Shown one piece after another: positions 1 through 18,000 of a DNA stretch of 64,000 nt. The translations under genes and the position numbers were made by a program. The stretch covers positions 432,946,001 to 433,010,000 of the forward strand of contig OZ024740.1 in assembly GCA_964016885.1 (NCBI GenBank). Direction: 5' to 3'. Origin of the DNA: Eledone cirrhosa (lineage: Eukaryota). Positions within the stretch are counted from its first letter, which is position 1. Each line of letters starts with the position of its first letter. Under the pieces are notes generated by a model. The model made no database searches. It worked only from the letters and a program-made list of their open reading frames with translations, and was not told where the DNA came from.

Positions 1-3000
1 AACAACAGTGACAACAACAACAGTGACAACAACAACAGTGACAACAACAGTGACAACAACAACAGTGACAACAACAGTGACAACAACAGTGACAACAACA
101 GTGACAACAACAGTGACAACAACAACAGTGACAACAACAACAGTGACAACAACAGTGACAACAACAGTGACAACAACAACAGTGACAACAACAGTGACAA
201 TAACAGTGACAACAACAACAGTGACAACAACAGTGACAACAACAACAGTGACAACAACAGTGACAACAACAACAGTGACAACAACAGTGACAACAACAGT
301 GACAACAACAATGACAACAACAACAGTGACAACAACAACAGTGACAACAACAGTGACAACAACAGTGACAACAACAACAGTGACAACAACAGTGACAACA
401 ACAACAGTGACAACAACAGTGACAACAACAACAGTGACAACAACAGTGACAACAACAACAGTGACAACAACAGTGACAACAACAACAGTGACAACAACAG
501 TGACAACAACAACAGTGACAACAACAGTGACAACAACAACAGTGACAACAACAGTGACAACAACAGTGACAACAACAGTGACAACAACAACAGTGACAAC
601 AACAACAGTGACAACAACAGTGACAACAACAGTGACAACAACAACAGTGACAACAAGAGTGACAACAACAGTGACAACAACAGTGACAACAACAACAGTG
701 ACAACAACAGTGACAACAACAGTGACAACAACAACTGTGACAACAACAACAGTGACAACAACAACAGTGACAACAACAGTGACAACAACAGTGACAACAA
801 CAACAGTGACAACAACAGTGACAACAACAGTGACAACAACAACAGTGACAACAACAACAGTGACAACAACAGTGACAACAAGAACAGTGAAAACAACAAC
901 AGTGACAACAACAGTGACAACAACAGTGACAACAACAACAGTGACGACAACAGTGACAACAACAGTGACAACAACAGTGACAACAACAGTGACAACAACA
1001 ACAGTGACAACAACAGTGACAACAACAACAGTGACAACAACAGTGACAACAACAGTGACAACAACAACAGTGACAACAACAGTGACAACAACAGTGACAA
1101 CAACTACAGTGACAACAACAGTGACAACAGCAACAGTGACAACAACAGTGACAACAACAACAGTGACAACAACAGTGACAACAACAGTGACAACAACAAC
1201 AGTGACAACAACAGTGACAACAACAACAGTGACAACAACAGTGACAACAACAGTGACAACAACAGTGACAACAATAACAGTGACAACAACAGTGACAACA
1301 ACAACAGTGACAACAACAGTGACAACAACAGTGACAACAACAGTGACAACAACAACAGTGACAACAACAACAGTGACAACAACAGTGACAACAACAGTGA
1401 CAACAACAACAGTGACAACAACAGTGACAACAACAGTGACAACAACAACAGTGACAACAACAGTGACAACAACAGTGACAACAACAACAGTGACAACAAC
1501 AACAGTGACAACAACAGTGACAACAACAGTGACAACAACAACAGTGACAACAACAACAGTGACAACAACAGTGACAACAACAGTGACAACAACAACAGTG
1601 ACAACAACAACAGTGACAATAACAGTGACAACAACAACAGTGACAACAACAGTGACAACAACAACAGTGACAACAACAGTGACAACAACAGTGACAACAA
1701 CAACAGTGACAACAACAACAGTGACAACAACAGTGACAACAACAACAGTGACAACAACAACAGTGACAACAACAGTGACAACAACAGTGACAACAAGAGT
1801 GGCAACAACAACAGTGACAACAACAGTGACAACAACAGTGACAACAACAACAGTGACAACAACAGTGACAACAACAACAGTGACAACAACAGTGACAACA
1901 ACAGTGACAACAACAGTGACAACAACAGTGACAACAACAACAGTGACAATAACAGTGACAACAACAACAGTGACAACAACAGTGACAACAACAACAGTGA
2001 CAACAACAGTGACAACAACAGTGACAACAACAACAGTAACAACTCAACAGTGACAACAACAACAGTGACAACAACAGTGACAACAACAGTGACAACAACA
2101 ACAGTGACAACAACAGTGACAACAACAACAGTGACAACAACAGTGACAACAACAACAGTGACAACAACAGTGACAACAACAACAGTGACAACAACAGTGA
2201 CAACAACAGTGACAACAACAACAGTGACAACAACAACAGTGACAACAACAACAGTGACAACAACAGTGACAACAACAGTGACAACAACAACAGTGACAAC
2301 AAGAGTGACAACAACAACAGTGACAACAACAACAGTGACAACAACAGTGACAACAACAACAGTGACAACAACAGTGACAACAACAGTGACAACAACAGTG
2401 ACAACAACAGTGACAACAACAACAGTGACAACAACAACAGTGACAACAACAGTGACAACAACAGTGACAACAACAACAGTGACAACAACAGTGACGACAA
2501 CAACAGTGACAACAACAGTGACAACAACAACAGTGACAACAACAGTGACAACAACAGTGACAACAACAGTGACAACAACAACAGTGACAACAACAGTGAC
2601 AACAACAACAGTGACAACAACAACAGTGACAACAACAACAGTGACAACAACAACAGTGACAACAACAGTGACAACAACAGTGACAACAACAACAGTGACA
2701 ACAACAACAGTGACAACAACAACAGTGACAACAACAACAGTGACAACATCAGTGCCAACAACAACAGTGACAACAACAGTGACAACAACAACAGTGACAA
2801 CAACAACAGTGACAACAACAGTGAGAACAACAGTGACAACAACAGTGACAACAACAGTGACAAAAACAGTGACAACAACAACAGTGACAACAACAGTGAC
2901 AACAACAGTGACGACAACAACAATGACAACAACAACAGTGACAACAACAGTGACAACAACAGTGACAACAACAACAGTGACAACAACAGTGACAACAACA

Positions 3001-6000
3001 GTGACAACAACAGTGACAACAACAACAGTGACAACAACAGTGACAACAACAACAGTGACAACAACAACAGTGACAACAACAACAGTGACAACAACAGTGA
3101 CAACAACAGTGACAACAACAACAGTGACAACAACAACAGTGACAACAACAACAGTGACAACAACAACAGTGACAACAACAACAGTGACAACAACAGTGAC
3201 AACAACAACAGTGACAACAACAACAGTGACAACAACAGTGACAACAACAACAGTGACAACAACAGTGACAACAACAGTGACAACAACAGTGACAACAACA
3301 ACAGTGACAACAACAACAGTGACAACAACAGTGACAACAACAGTGACAACAACAACAGTGACAACAACAACAGTGACAACAACAACAGTGACAACAACAG
3401 TGACAACAACAACAGTGACAACAACAGTGACAACAACAACAGTGACAACAACAACAGTGACAACAACAGTGGCAACAACAACAGTGACAACAACAACAGT
3501 GACAACAACAGTGACAACAACAACAGTGACAACAACAGTGACAACAACAACAGTGACAACAACAGTGACAACAACAGTGACAACAACAACAGTGACAACA
3601 ACAACAGTGACAACAACAGTGACAACAACAGTGACAACAACAACAGTGACAACAACAGTGACAACAACAGTGACAACAACAACAGTGACAACAACAACAG
3701 TTTCAACAACAGTGACAACAACAGTGACAACAACAACAGTGACAACAACAACAGTGACAACAACAGTGACAACAACAGTGACAACAACAACAGTGACAAC
3801 AACAGTGACAACAACAGTGACAACAACAACAGTGACAACAACAACAGTGACAACAACAGTGACAACAACAACAGTGACAACAACAACAGTGACAACAACA
3901 GTGACAACAACAACAGTGACAACAACAGTGACAACAACAACAGTGACAACAACAGTGACAACAACAGTGACAACAACAGTGACAACAACAACAGTGACAA
4001 CAACAGTGACAACAACAACAGTGACAACAACAGTGACAACAACAACAGTGACAACAACAGTGACAACAACAGTGACAACAACAACAGTGACAACAACAAC
4101 AGTGACAACAACAGTGACAACAACAACAGTGACAACAACAACAGTGACAACAACAGTGACAACAACAGTGACAACAAGAGTGGCAACAACAACAGTGACA
4201 ACAACAATAGTGACAACAACAGTGACAACAACAGTGACAACAACAACAGTGACAACAACAGTGACAACAACAACAGTGACAACAACAACAGTGACAACAA
4301 CAACAGTGACAACAACAACAGTGACAACAACAGTGACAACAACAACAGTGACAACAACAGTGACAACAACAGTGACAACAACAGTGACAACAACAGTGAC
4401 AACAACAACAGTGACAATAACAGTGACAACAACAACAGTGACAACAACAACAGTGACAACAACAGTGACAACAACAGTGACAACAACAACAGTGACAACT
4501 CAACAGTGACAACAACAACAGTGACAACAACAGTGACAATAACAGTGACAACAACAACAGTGACAACAACAGTGACAACAACAACAGTGACAACAACAGT
4601 GACAACAACAACAGTGACAACAACAGTGACAATAACAGTGACAACAACAACAGTGACAACAACAGTGACAACAACAACAGTGACAACAACAACAGTGACA
4701 ACAACAGTGACAACAACAGTGACAACAACAATGACAACAACAACAGTGACAACAACAACAGTGACAACAACAGTGACAACAACAGTGACAACAACAACAG
4801 TGACAACAACAGTGACAACAACAACAGTGACAACAACAGTGACAACAACAACAGTGACAACAACAGTGACAACAACAGTGACAACAACAGTGACAACAAC
4901 AACAGTGACAACAACAGTGACAACAACAACAGTGACAACAACAGTGACAACAACAGTGACAACAACAACAGTGACAACAACAACAGTGACAACAACAGTG
5001 ACAACAACAGTGACAACAACAACAGTGACAACAACAACAGTGACAACAACAACAGTGACAACAACAGTGACAACAACAGTGACAACAACAACAGTGACAA
5101 CAACAGTGACAACAACAACAGTGACAACAACAGTGACAACAACAACAGTGACAACAACAGTGACAACAACAGTGACAACAACATTGACAACAACAGTGAC
5201 AACAACAACTGTGACAACAACAACAGTGACAACAACAACAGTGACAACAACAACAATGACAACAACAACAGTGACAACAACAGTGACAACAACAGTGACA
5301 ACAACAGTGACAACAACAACAGTGACAACAACAACAGTGACAACAACAGTGACAACAACAACAGTGACAACAACAACGGTGACAACAACAACAGTGACAA
5401 CAACAACAGTGACAACAACAGTGACAACAACAGTGACAACAACAGTGACAACAACAACAGTGACAACAACAACAGTGATAACAACAACAGTGACAACAAC
5501 AGTGACAACAACATTGACAACAACAACAGTGACAACAAGAGTGACAACAACAACAGTGACAACAACAGTGACAACAACATTGACAACAACAGTAACAACA
5601 ACAACAGTGACAACAACAACAGTGACAACAACAGTGACAACAACAGTGACAACAACAACAGTGACAACAAGAGTGACAACAACAGTGACAACAACAGTGA
5701 CAACAACAACAGTGACAACAACAGTGACAACAACAGTGACAACAACAACTGTGACAACAACAACAGTGACAACAACAACAGTGACAACAACAGTGACAAC
5801 AACAACAGTGACAACAACAGTGACAACAACAGTGACAATTACAACAGTGACAACAACAACAGTGACAACAACAGTGACAACAAGAACAGTGAAAACAACA
5901 ACAGTGACAACAACAGTGACAACAACAGTGACAACAACAACAGTGACGACAACAGTGACAACAACAGTGACAACAACAGTGACAACAACAGTGACAACAA

Positions 6001-9000
6001 CAACAGTGACAACAACAGTGACAACAACAACAGTGACAACAACAGTGACAACAACAGTGACAACAACAACAGTGACAACAACAGTGACAACAACAGTGAC
6101 AACAACTACAGTGACAACAACAGTGACAACAGCAACAGTGACAACAACAGTGACAACAACAACAGTGACAACAACAGTGACAACAACAGTGACAACAACA
6201 ACAGTGACAACAACAGTGACAACAACAACAGTGACAACAACAGTGACAACAACAGTGACAACAACAGTGACAACAACAACAGTGACAACAACAGTGACAA
6301 CAACAACAGTGACAACAACAGTGACAACAACAGTGACAACAACAGTGACAACAACAACAGTGACAACAACAACAGTGACAACAACAGTGACAACAACAGT
6401 GACAACAACAACAGTGACAACAACAGTGACAACAACAACAACAGTGACAACAACAACAGTGACAACAACAGTGACAACAACAACAGTGACAACAATAGTG
6501 ACAACAACAGTGACAACAACAACAGTGACAACAACAGTGACAACAACAGTGACAACAACAACAGTGACAACAACAACAGTGACAACAACAACAGTGACAA
6601 CAACAGTGACAACAACAGTGACAACAACAACAGTGACAACAACAACAGTGACAACAACAACAGTGACAACAACAGTGACAACAACAACAGTGACAACAAC
6701 AGTGACAACAACAGTAACAACAACAACAGTGACAACAACAGTGACAACAACAGTTACAACAACAACAGTGACAACAACAGTGACAACAACAGTGACAACA
6801 ACAACAGTGACAACAACAACAGTGACAAGAACAACAGTGACAACAACAGTGACAACAACAGTGACAACAACAACAGTGACAACATCAGTGACAACAACAG
6901 TGACAACAACAACAGTGACAACAACAGTGACAACAACAGTGACAACAACAACAGTGACAACAACAACAGTGACAACAACAGTGACAACAACAACAGTGAC
7001 AACAACAACAGTGACAACAACAGTGACAACAACAGTGACAACAACAACAGTGACAACAACAGTGACAACAACAGTGACAACAACAGTGACAACAACAACA
7101 GTGACAACAACAACAGTGACAACAACAGTGACAACAACAGCAGTGACAACAACAGTGAGAGCAACAACAGTGACAATAACTAGTGACAACAACAGTGACA
7201 ACAACAGTGACAACAACAGTGACAACAACAGTGACAACAACAACAATAACAACAACAGTGACAACAACAGTGACAACAACAGTGACAACAACAACAGTGA
7301 CAACAACAATAGTGACAACAACAGTGACAACAACAACAGTGACAACAACAGTGACAACAACAGTGACAACAACAACAGTGACAACAACAACAGTGACAAC
7401 AACAGTGACAACAACAACAGTGACAACAACAGTGACAACAACAGTGACAACAACAGTGACAACAACAGTGACAAAAACAGTGACAACAACAACAGTGACA
7501 ACAACAGTGACAACAACAGTGACGACAACAACAATGACAACAACAACAGTGACAACAACAGTGACAACAACAGTGACACCAACAGTGACAACAACAGTGA
7601 CAACAACAGTGACAACAACAACAGTGACAACAACAGTGACAACAACAACAGTGACAACAACAGTGACAACAACAACAGTGACAACAACAGTGACAACAAC
7701 AGTGACAACAACAACAGTGACAACAACAGTGACAACAACAACAGTGACAACAACAGTGACAACAACAACAGTGACAACAAGAACAGTGAAAACAACAACA
7801 GTGACAACAACAGTGACAACAACAGTGACAACAACAACAGTGACAACAACAGTGACAACAACAACAGTGACAACAACAGTGACAACAACAGTGACAACAA
7901 CAGTGACAACAACAGTGACAACAACAACAGTGACAACAACAGTGACAACAACAACAGTGACAAAAACAGTGACAACAACAACAGTGACAACACCAACAGT
8001 GACAACAACAGTGACAACAACAACAGTGACAACAACAGTGACAACAACAGTGACAACAACAACAGTGACAACAACAACAGTGACAACAACAGTGACAACA
8101 ACAACAGTGACAACAACAGTGACAACAACAGTGACAACAACAGTGACAACAACAACAGTGACAACAACAGTGACAACAACAACAGTGACAACAACAGTGA
8201 CAACAACAGTGACAACAACAACAATGACAACAACAACAGTGACAACAACAACAATGACAACAACAACAGTGACAACAACAGTGACAACAACAACAGTGAC
8301 ACCAACAGTGACAACAACAGTGACAACAACAGTGACAACAACAACAGTGACAACAACAGTGACAACAACAGTGACAACAACAGTGACAACAACAACAGTG
8401 ACAACAACAGTGACAACAACAACAGTGACAACAACAGTGACAACAACAGTGACAACAACAACAGTGACAACAACAACAGTGACAACAACAGTGACAACAA
8501 CAACAGTGACAACAACAGTGACAACAACAGTGACGACAACAACAATGACAACAACAACAGTGACAACAACAGTGACAACAACAGTGACACCAACAGTGAC
8601 AACAACAGTGACAACAACAGTGACAACAACAACAGTGACAACAACAGTGACAACAACAACAGTGACAACAACAGTGACAACAACAACAGTGACAACAACA
8701 ACAGTGACAACAACAGTGACAACATCAGTGACAACAACAACAGTGACAACAACAGTGACAACAACAACAGTGACAACAACAGTGACAACAACAGTAACAA
8801 CAACAACAGTGACGACAACAGTGACAACAACAGTGACAACAACAGTGACAACAACAGTGACAACAACAACAGTGACAACAACAGTGACAACAACAACAGT
8901 GACAACAACAGTGACAACAACAGTGACAACAACAACAGTGACAACAACAACAGTGACAACAACAGTGACAACAACAACAGTGACAACAACAGTGACAACA

Positions 9001-12000
9001 ACATCAGTGACAACAACAACAGTGACAATAACAGTGACAACAGTGACAACAACAACAGTGACAACAACAGTGACAACAACAGTGACAACAACAGTGACAA
9101 CAACAACAGTGACAACAACAACAGTGACAACAACAACAGTGACAACAACAACAGTGACAACAACAACAGTGACAACAACAACAGTGACAACAACAGTGAC
9201 AACAACAACAGCGACAACAACAGTGACAACAACAACAGTGACAACAACAGTGACAACAACAGTGACAAAAACAACAGTGACAACAACAGTGACAACAACA
9301 ACAGTGACAACAACAACAGTGACAACAACAACAGTGACAACAACAGTGACAACAACAGTGACAACAACAACTGTGACAACAACAACAGTGCCAACAACAG
9401 TGACAACAACAGTGACAACAACAACAGTGACAACAACAACAGTGACAACAACAGTGAAAACAACAGTGACAACAACAACAGTGACAACAAAAGTGACAAC
9501 AACAACAGTGACAACAACAGTGACAACAACAACAGTGACAACAACAGTGACAACAACAGTGACAACAACAACAGTGACAACAACAACAGTGACAACAACA
9601 GTGACAACAACAACAGTGACAACAACAGTGACAACAACAGTGACAACAACAGTGACAACAACAACAGTGACAACAACAGTGACAACAACAACAGTGACAA
9701 CAACAACAGTGACAACAACAACAGTGACAACAACAGTGACAACAACAACAGTGACAACAACAACAGTGACAACAACAGTGACAACAACAACAGTGACAAC
9801 AACAGTGACAACAACAACAGTGACAACAACAGTGACAACAACAACAGTGACAACAACAACAGTGACAACAACAACAGTGACAACAACAACAGTGACAACA
9901 ACAGTGACAACAACAACAGTGACAACAACAACAGTGACAACAACAGTGACAACAACAACAGTGACAACAACAACAGTGACAACAACAGTGACAACAACAA
10001 CAGTGACAACAACAGTGACAACAACAACAGTGACAACAACAGTGACAACAACAACAGTGACAACAACAGTGACAACAACAACAGTGACAACAACAACAGT
10101 GACAACAACAACAGTGACAACAACAACAGTGACAACAACAACAGTGACAACAACAACAGTGACAACAACAACAGTGACAACAACAGTGACAACAACAACA
10201 GTGACAACAACAACAGTGACAACAACAGTGACAACAACAACAGTGACAACAACAGTGACAATAACAACAGTGACAACAACAGTGACAACAACAACAGTGA
10301 CAACAACAACAGTGACAACAACAGTGACAACAAAAACAGTGACAACAATAGTGACAACAACAGTGACAACAACAACAGTGACAACAACAGTGACAACAAC
10401 AACAGTGACAACAACAACAGTGACAACAACAGTGACAACAACAGTGACAACAACAACAGTGACAACAACAACAGTGACAACAACAACAGTGACAACAACA
10501 GTGACAACAACAGTGACAACAACAACAGTGACAACAACAACAGTGACAACAACAACAGTGACAACAACAGTGACAACAACAACAGTGACAACAACAGTGA
10601 CAACAACAGTGACAACATCAGTGACAACAACAGTGACAACAACAACAGTGACAACAACAGTGACAGCAACAGTGACAACAACAGTGACAACAACAGTGAC
10701 AACAACAGTGACAACAACATTGACAACAACAACAATAACAACAACAGTGACAACAACAACTGTGACAACAACAGTGACAACAACAGTGACAACAACAGTG
10801 ACAACAACAACAGTGACAACAACAACAGTGACAACAACAACAGTGACAACAACAGTGACAACAACAGTGACAACAACAGTGACAACAACAACAGTGACAA
10901 CAACAGTGACAACAACAACAGTGACAACAACAACAATGACAACAACAGTGATAACAACAGTGACAACAACAGTGACAACAACAACAGTGACAACAACAGT
11001 GACAACAACAGTGACAACAACAGTGACAACAACAACAGTGACAACAACAACAGTGACAACAACAGTGACAACAACAACAGTGACAACAACAGTGACAACA
11101 ACAGTGACAACAACAACAGTGACAACAACAACAGTGACAACAACAGTGACAACAACAACAGTGACAACAACAGTGACAACAACAGTGACAACAACAGTGA
11201 CAACAACAACAGTGACAACAACAGTGACAACAACAACAGTGACAACATCAGTGACAACAACAACAGTGACAACAACAGTGACAACAACAACAGTGACAAC
11301 AACAGTGACAACAACAACAGTGACAACAACAGTGACAACAACAGTGACAACAACAACAGTGACAACAACAACAGTGACAACAACAGTGACAACAACAACA
11401 GTGACAACAACAGTGACAACAACAGTGACAACAACAGTGACAACAACAACAGTGACAACAACAGTGACAACAACAACAGTGACAACAACAGTGACAACAA
11501 CAGTGACAACAACAACAATCACAACAACAACAGTGACAACAACAGTGACAACAACAACAGTGACACCAACAGTGACAACAACAGTGACAACAACAGTGAC
11601 AACAACAACAGTGACAACAACAGTGACAACAACAACAGTGACAACAACAGTGACAACAACAACAGTGACAACAACAGTGACAACAACAGTGACAACAACA
11701 ACAGTGACAACAACAGAGACAACAACAACAGTGACAACAACAGTGACAACAACAGTGACAACAACAGTGACGACAACAACAATGACAACAACAGTGACAA
11801 CAACAGTGACAACAACAGTGACACCAACAGTGACAACAACAGTGACAACAACAGTGACAACAACAACAGTGACAACAACAGTGACAACAACAACAGTGAA
11901 AACCACAACAGTGACAACAACAACAGTGACAACAACAGTGACAACAACAGTGACAACAACAACAGTGACAACAACAGTGACAACAACAACAGTGACAACA

Positions 12001-15000
12001 ACAGTGACAACAACAACAGTGACAACAACAGTGACAACAACAACAGTGACAACAACAGTGAAAACAACAACAGTGACAACAACAGTGACAACAACAACAG
12101 TGACGACAACAGTGACAACAACAGTGACAACAACAGTGACAACAACAACAGTGACAACAACAGTGACAACAACAACAGTGACAACAACAGTGACAACAAC
12201 AGTGACAACAACAACAGTGACAACAACAGTGACAACAACAGTGACAACAACAACAGTGACAACAACAGTGACAACAGCAACAGTGACAACAACAGTGACA
12301 ACAACAACAGTGACAACAACAGTTACAACAACAACAGTGACAACAACAGTGACAACAACAACAGTGACAACAACAGTGACAACAACAGTGACAACAACAG
12401 TGACAACAACAACAGTGACAACAACAGTGACAACAACAACAGTGACAACAACAGTGACAACAACAGTGACAACAACAGTGACAACAACAGTGACAACAAC
12501 AACAGTGACAACAACAGTGACAACAACAACAGTGACAACAACAACAGTGACAACAACAGTGACAACAACAACAGTGACAACAATAGTGACAACAACAGTG
12601 ACAACAACAACAGTGACAACAACAGTGACAACAACAACAGTGACAACAACAGTGACAACAACAGTGACAACAACAACAGTGACAACACCAACAGTGACAA
12701 CAACAACAGTGACAACAACAGTGACAACAACAGTGACAACAACAACAGTGACAACAACAACAGTGACAACAACAACAGTGACAACAACAGTGACAACAAC
12801 AACAGTGACAACAACAGTGACAACAACAGTAACAACAACAACAGTGACAACAACAGTGACAACAACAGTTACAACAACAACAGTGACAACAACAGTGACA
12901 ACAACAGTGACAACAACAACAGTGACAACAACAACAGTGACCAGAACAACAGTGACAACAACAGTGACAACAACAGTGACAACAACAACAGTGACAACAA
13001 CAGTGACAACAACAGTGACAACAACAACAGTGACAACAACAACAGTGACAAAAACAGTGACAACAACAACAGTGACAACAACAGTGACAACAACAACAGT
13101 GACAACAACAACAGTGACAACAACAGTGACAACAACAGTGACAACAACAACAGTGACAACAACAGTGACAACAACAGTGACAACAACAGTGACAACAACA
13201 ACAGTGACAACAACAACAGTGACAACAACAGTGACAACAACAACAGTGACAACAACAGTGAGAGCAACAACAGTGACAATAACAGTGACAACAACAACAG
13301 CGACAACAACAGTGACAACAACAACAGTGACAACAACAGTGACAACAACAACAGTGACAACAACAACTGTGACAACAACAGTGACAACAATAACAGTGAC
13401 AACAACAGTGACAACAACAACAGTGACAACAACAGTGACAACAACAACAGTGACAACAACAGTGACAACAACAGTTACTACAACAACAGTGACAACAACA
13501 GTGACAACAACAACAGTGACAACAACAGTGACAACAACAGTGACAACAACAACAGTGACAACAACAGTGACAACAACAACAGTGACAACAACGGTGACAA
13601 CAACAGTGACAACAACAGTGACAACAACAACAGTGACAACAACAGTGACAACAACAACAGTGACAACAACAGTGACAACAACAGTGACAACAACAGTGAC
13701 AACAACAACAGTGACAACAACAGTGACAACAACAACAGTGACAACAACAGTGACAACAACAACAGTGACAACAATAGTGACAACAACAGTGACAACAACA
13801 ACAGTGACAACAACAGTGACAACAACAACAGTGACAACAACAGTGACAACAACAGTGACAACAACAACAGTGACAACAACAACAGTGACAACAACAGTGA
13901 CAACAACAGTGACAACAACAACAGTGACAACAACAACAGTGACAACAACAGTGACAACAACAACAGTGACAACAACAGTGACAACAACAGTAACAACAAC
14001 AACAGTGACAACAACAGTGACAACAACAGTTACAACAACAACAGTGACAACAACAGTGACAACAACAGTGACAACAACAACAGTGACAACAACAACAGTG
14101 ACCAGAACAACAGTGACAACAACAGTGACAACAACAGTGACAACAACAACAGTGACAACATCAGTGACAACAACAGTGACAACAACAACAGTGACAACAA
14201 CAGTGACAACAACAGTGACAACAACAACAGTGACAAAAACAGTGACAACAACAACAGTGACAACAACAGTGACAACAACAACAGTGACAACAACAACAGT
14301 GACAACAACAGTGACAACAACAGTGACAACAACAACAGTGACAACAACAGTGACAACAACAGTGACAACAACAGTGACAACAACAGTGACAACAACAACA
14401 GTGACAACAACAACAGTGACAACAACAGTGACAACAACAACAGTGACAACAACAGTGAGAGCAACAACAGTGACAATAACAGTGACAACAACAACGGCGA
14501 CAACAACAGTGACAACACAACAGTGACAACAACAGTGACAACAAAAGTGACAAAAACAACAGTGACAACAACAGTGACAACAACAACAGTGACAACAACA
14601 ACAGTGACAACAACAACAGTGACAACAAAAGTGACAACAACAACAGTGACAGCAACAGTGACAACAACAGTGACAACAACAGTGACAACAACAGTGACAA
14701 CAATAGTGACAACAACAGTGACAACAACAACAATAACAACAACAGTGACAACAACAGTGACAACAACAACTGTGACAACAGTGACAACAACAGTGACAAC
14801 AACAGTGACAACAACAACAGTGACAACAACAACAGTGACAACAACAACAGTGACAACAACAGTGACAACAACAGTGACAACAACAACAGTGACAACAACA
14901 ACAATGACAACAACAGTGACAACAACAGTGACAACAACAGTGACAACAACAGTGACAACAACAACAGTGACAACAACAACAGTGACAACAACAACAGTGA

Positions 15001-18000
15001 CAACAACAGTGACAACAACAACAGTGACAACAACAACAGTGACAACAACAGTGACAACAACAGTGACAACAACAACAGTGACAACAACAGTGACAACAAC
15101 AACAGTGACAACAACAGTGACAACAACAGTGATAACAACAGTGACAACAACAACAGTGACAACAACAACAGTGACAACAACAACAGTGACAACAACAACA
15201 GTGACAACAACAACAGTGACAACAACAACAGTGACAACAACAGTGACCACAACAACAGTGACAACAACAGTGACAACAACAGTGACAACAACTACAGTGA
15301 CAACAACAACAGTGACAACAACAACAACAGTGACAACAACAGTGACAACAACAACAGTGCAACAACAGTGACAACAACAGTGACAACAACAGTGACAACA
15401 ACAGTGACCACAACAACAGTGACAACAACAACAGTGACAACAACAGTGACAACAACAGTGACAACAACAACAGTGACAACAACAGTGACAACAACAACAG
15501 TGACAACAACAGTGACAACAACAACAGTGACAACAACAACAGTGACAACAACAACAGTGACAACAACAACAGTGACAACAACAACCGTGACAACAACAAC
15601 AGTGACAACAACAACAGTGACAACAACAGTGACAACAACAACAGTGACAACAACAGTGACAACAACAGTGACAACAACAGTGACAACAACAACAGTGACA
15701 ACAACAACAGTGACAACAACAACAGTGACAACAACAGTGACAACAACAACAGTGACAACAACAGTGACAACAACAACAGTGACAACAACAACAGTGACAA
15801 CAACAACAGTGACAACAACAGTGGCAACAACAACTGTGACAACAACAGTGACAACAACAGTGACAACAACAACAGTGACAACAACAGTGACAACAACAAC
15901 AGTGACAACAACAGTGACAACAACAGTGACAACAACAGTGACAAAAACAACAGTGACAACAACAGTGACAACAACAACAGTGACAACAACAACAGTGACA
16001 ACAACAACAGTGACAACAAAAGTGACAACAACAACAGTGACAGCAACAGTGACAACAACAGTGACAACAACAGTGACAACAACAGTGACAACAACAGTGA
16101 CAACAACAGTGACAACAACAACAATAACAACAACAGTGACAACAACAGTGACAACAACAACAGTGACAACAACAGTGACAACAACAGTGACAACAACAAC
16201 AGTGACAACAACAACAGTGACAACAACAGTGACAACAACAACAGTGACAACAACAGTGACAACAACAACAGTGACAACAACAACAGTGACAACAACAACA
16301 GTGACAACAACAGTGACAACAACAGTGACAACAACAGTAACAACAACAACAGTGACAACAACAGTGACAACAACAGTGACAACAACAGTGACAACAACAG
16401 TGACAACAACAACAGTGACAACAACAACAGTGACAACAACAACAGTGACAACAACAGTGACAACAACAGTGACAACAACAACAGTGACAACAACAACAGT
16501 GACAACAACAGTGACAACAACAACAGTGACAACAACAGTGACAACAACAACAGTGACAACAACAGTGACAACAACAGTGACAACAACAACAGAGTCAACA
16601 ACAGTGACAACAACAACAGTGACAACAACAGTGACAACAACAACAGTGACAACAACAGTGACAACAACAGTGACAACAACAACAGTGACAACAACAGTGA
16701 CAACAACATTGACAACAACAGTGACAACAACAACAGTGACAACAACAACAGTGACAACAACAGTGACAACAACAGTGACAACAGCAGTGACAAACACAGT
16801 GACAACAACAACAGTGACAACAACAGTGACAACAACAACAGTGACAACAACAATAGTGACAACAACAGTGACAACAACAACAGTGACAACAACAACAGTG
16901 ACAACAACAGTGACAACAACAACAGTGACAACAACAGTGACAACAACAGTGACAACAACAGTGACAACAACAACAGTGACAACAACAGTGAAAACAACAA
17001 CAGTGACAACAACAGTGACAACAACAACAGTGACGACAACAGTGACAACAACAGTGACAACAACAGTGACAACAACAACAGTGACAACAACAGTGACAAC
17101 AACAACAGTGACAACAACAGTGACAACAACAGTGACAACAACAGTGACAACAACAACAGTGACAACAACAGTGACAACAACAGTGACAACAACAACAGTG
17201 ACAACAACAGTGACAACAGCAACAGTGACAACAACAGTGACAACAACAACAGTGACAACAACAGTGACAACAACAGTTACAACAACAACAGTGACAACAA
17301 CAGTGACAACAACAACAGTGACAACAACAGTGACAACAACAGTGACAACAACAGTGACAACAACAACAGTGACAACAACAGTGACAACAACAACAGTGAC
17401 AACAACAGTGACAACAACAGTGACAACAACAGTGACAACAACAGTGACAACAACAGTGACAACAACAACAGTGACAACAACAGTGACAACAACAACAGTG
17501 ACAACAACAACAGTGACAACAACAGTGACAACAACAACAGTGACAACAATAGTGACAACAACAGTGACAACAACAACAGTGACAACAACAGTGACAACAA
17601 CAACAGTGACAACAACAGTGACAACAACAGTGACAACAACAACAGTGACAACACCAACAGTGACAACAACAACAGTGACAACAACAGTGACAACAACAGT
17701 GACAACAACAACAGTGACAACAACAACAGTGACAACAACAACAGTGACAACAACAGTGACAACAACAACAGTGACAACAACAGTGACAACAACAGTAACA
17801 ACAACAACAGTGACAACAACAGTGACAACAACAGTTACAACAACAACAGTGACAACAACAGTGACAACAACAGTGACAACAACAACAGTGACAACAACAA
17901 CAGTGACCAGAACAACAGTGACAACAACAGTGACAACAACAGTGACAACAACAACAGTGACAACAACAGTGACAACAACAGTGACAACAACAACAGTGAC

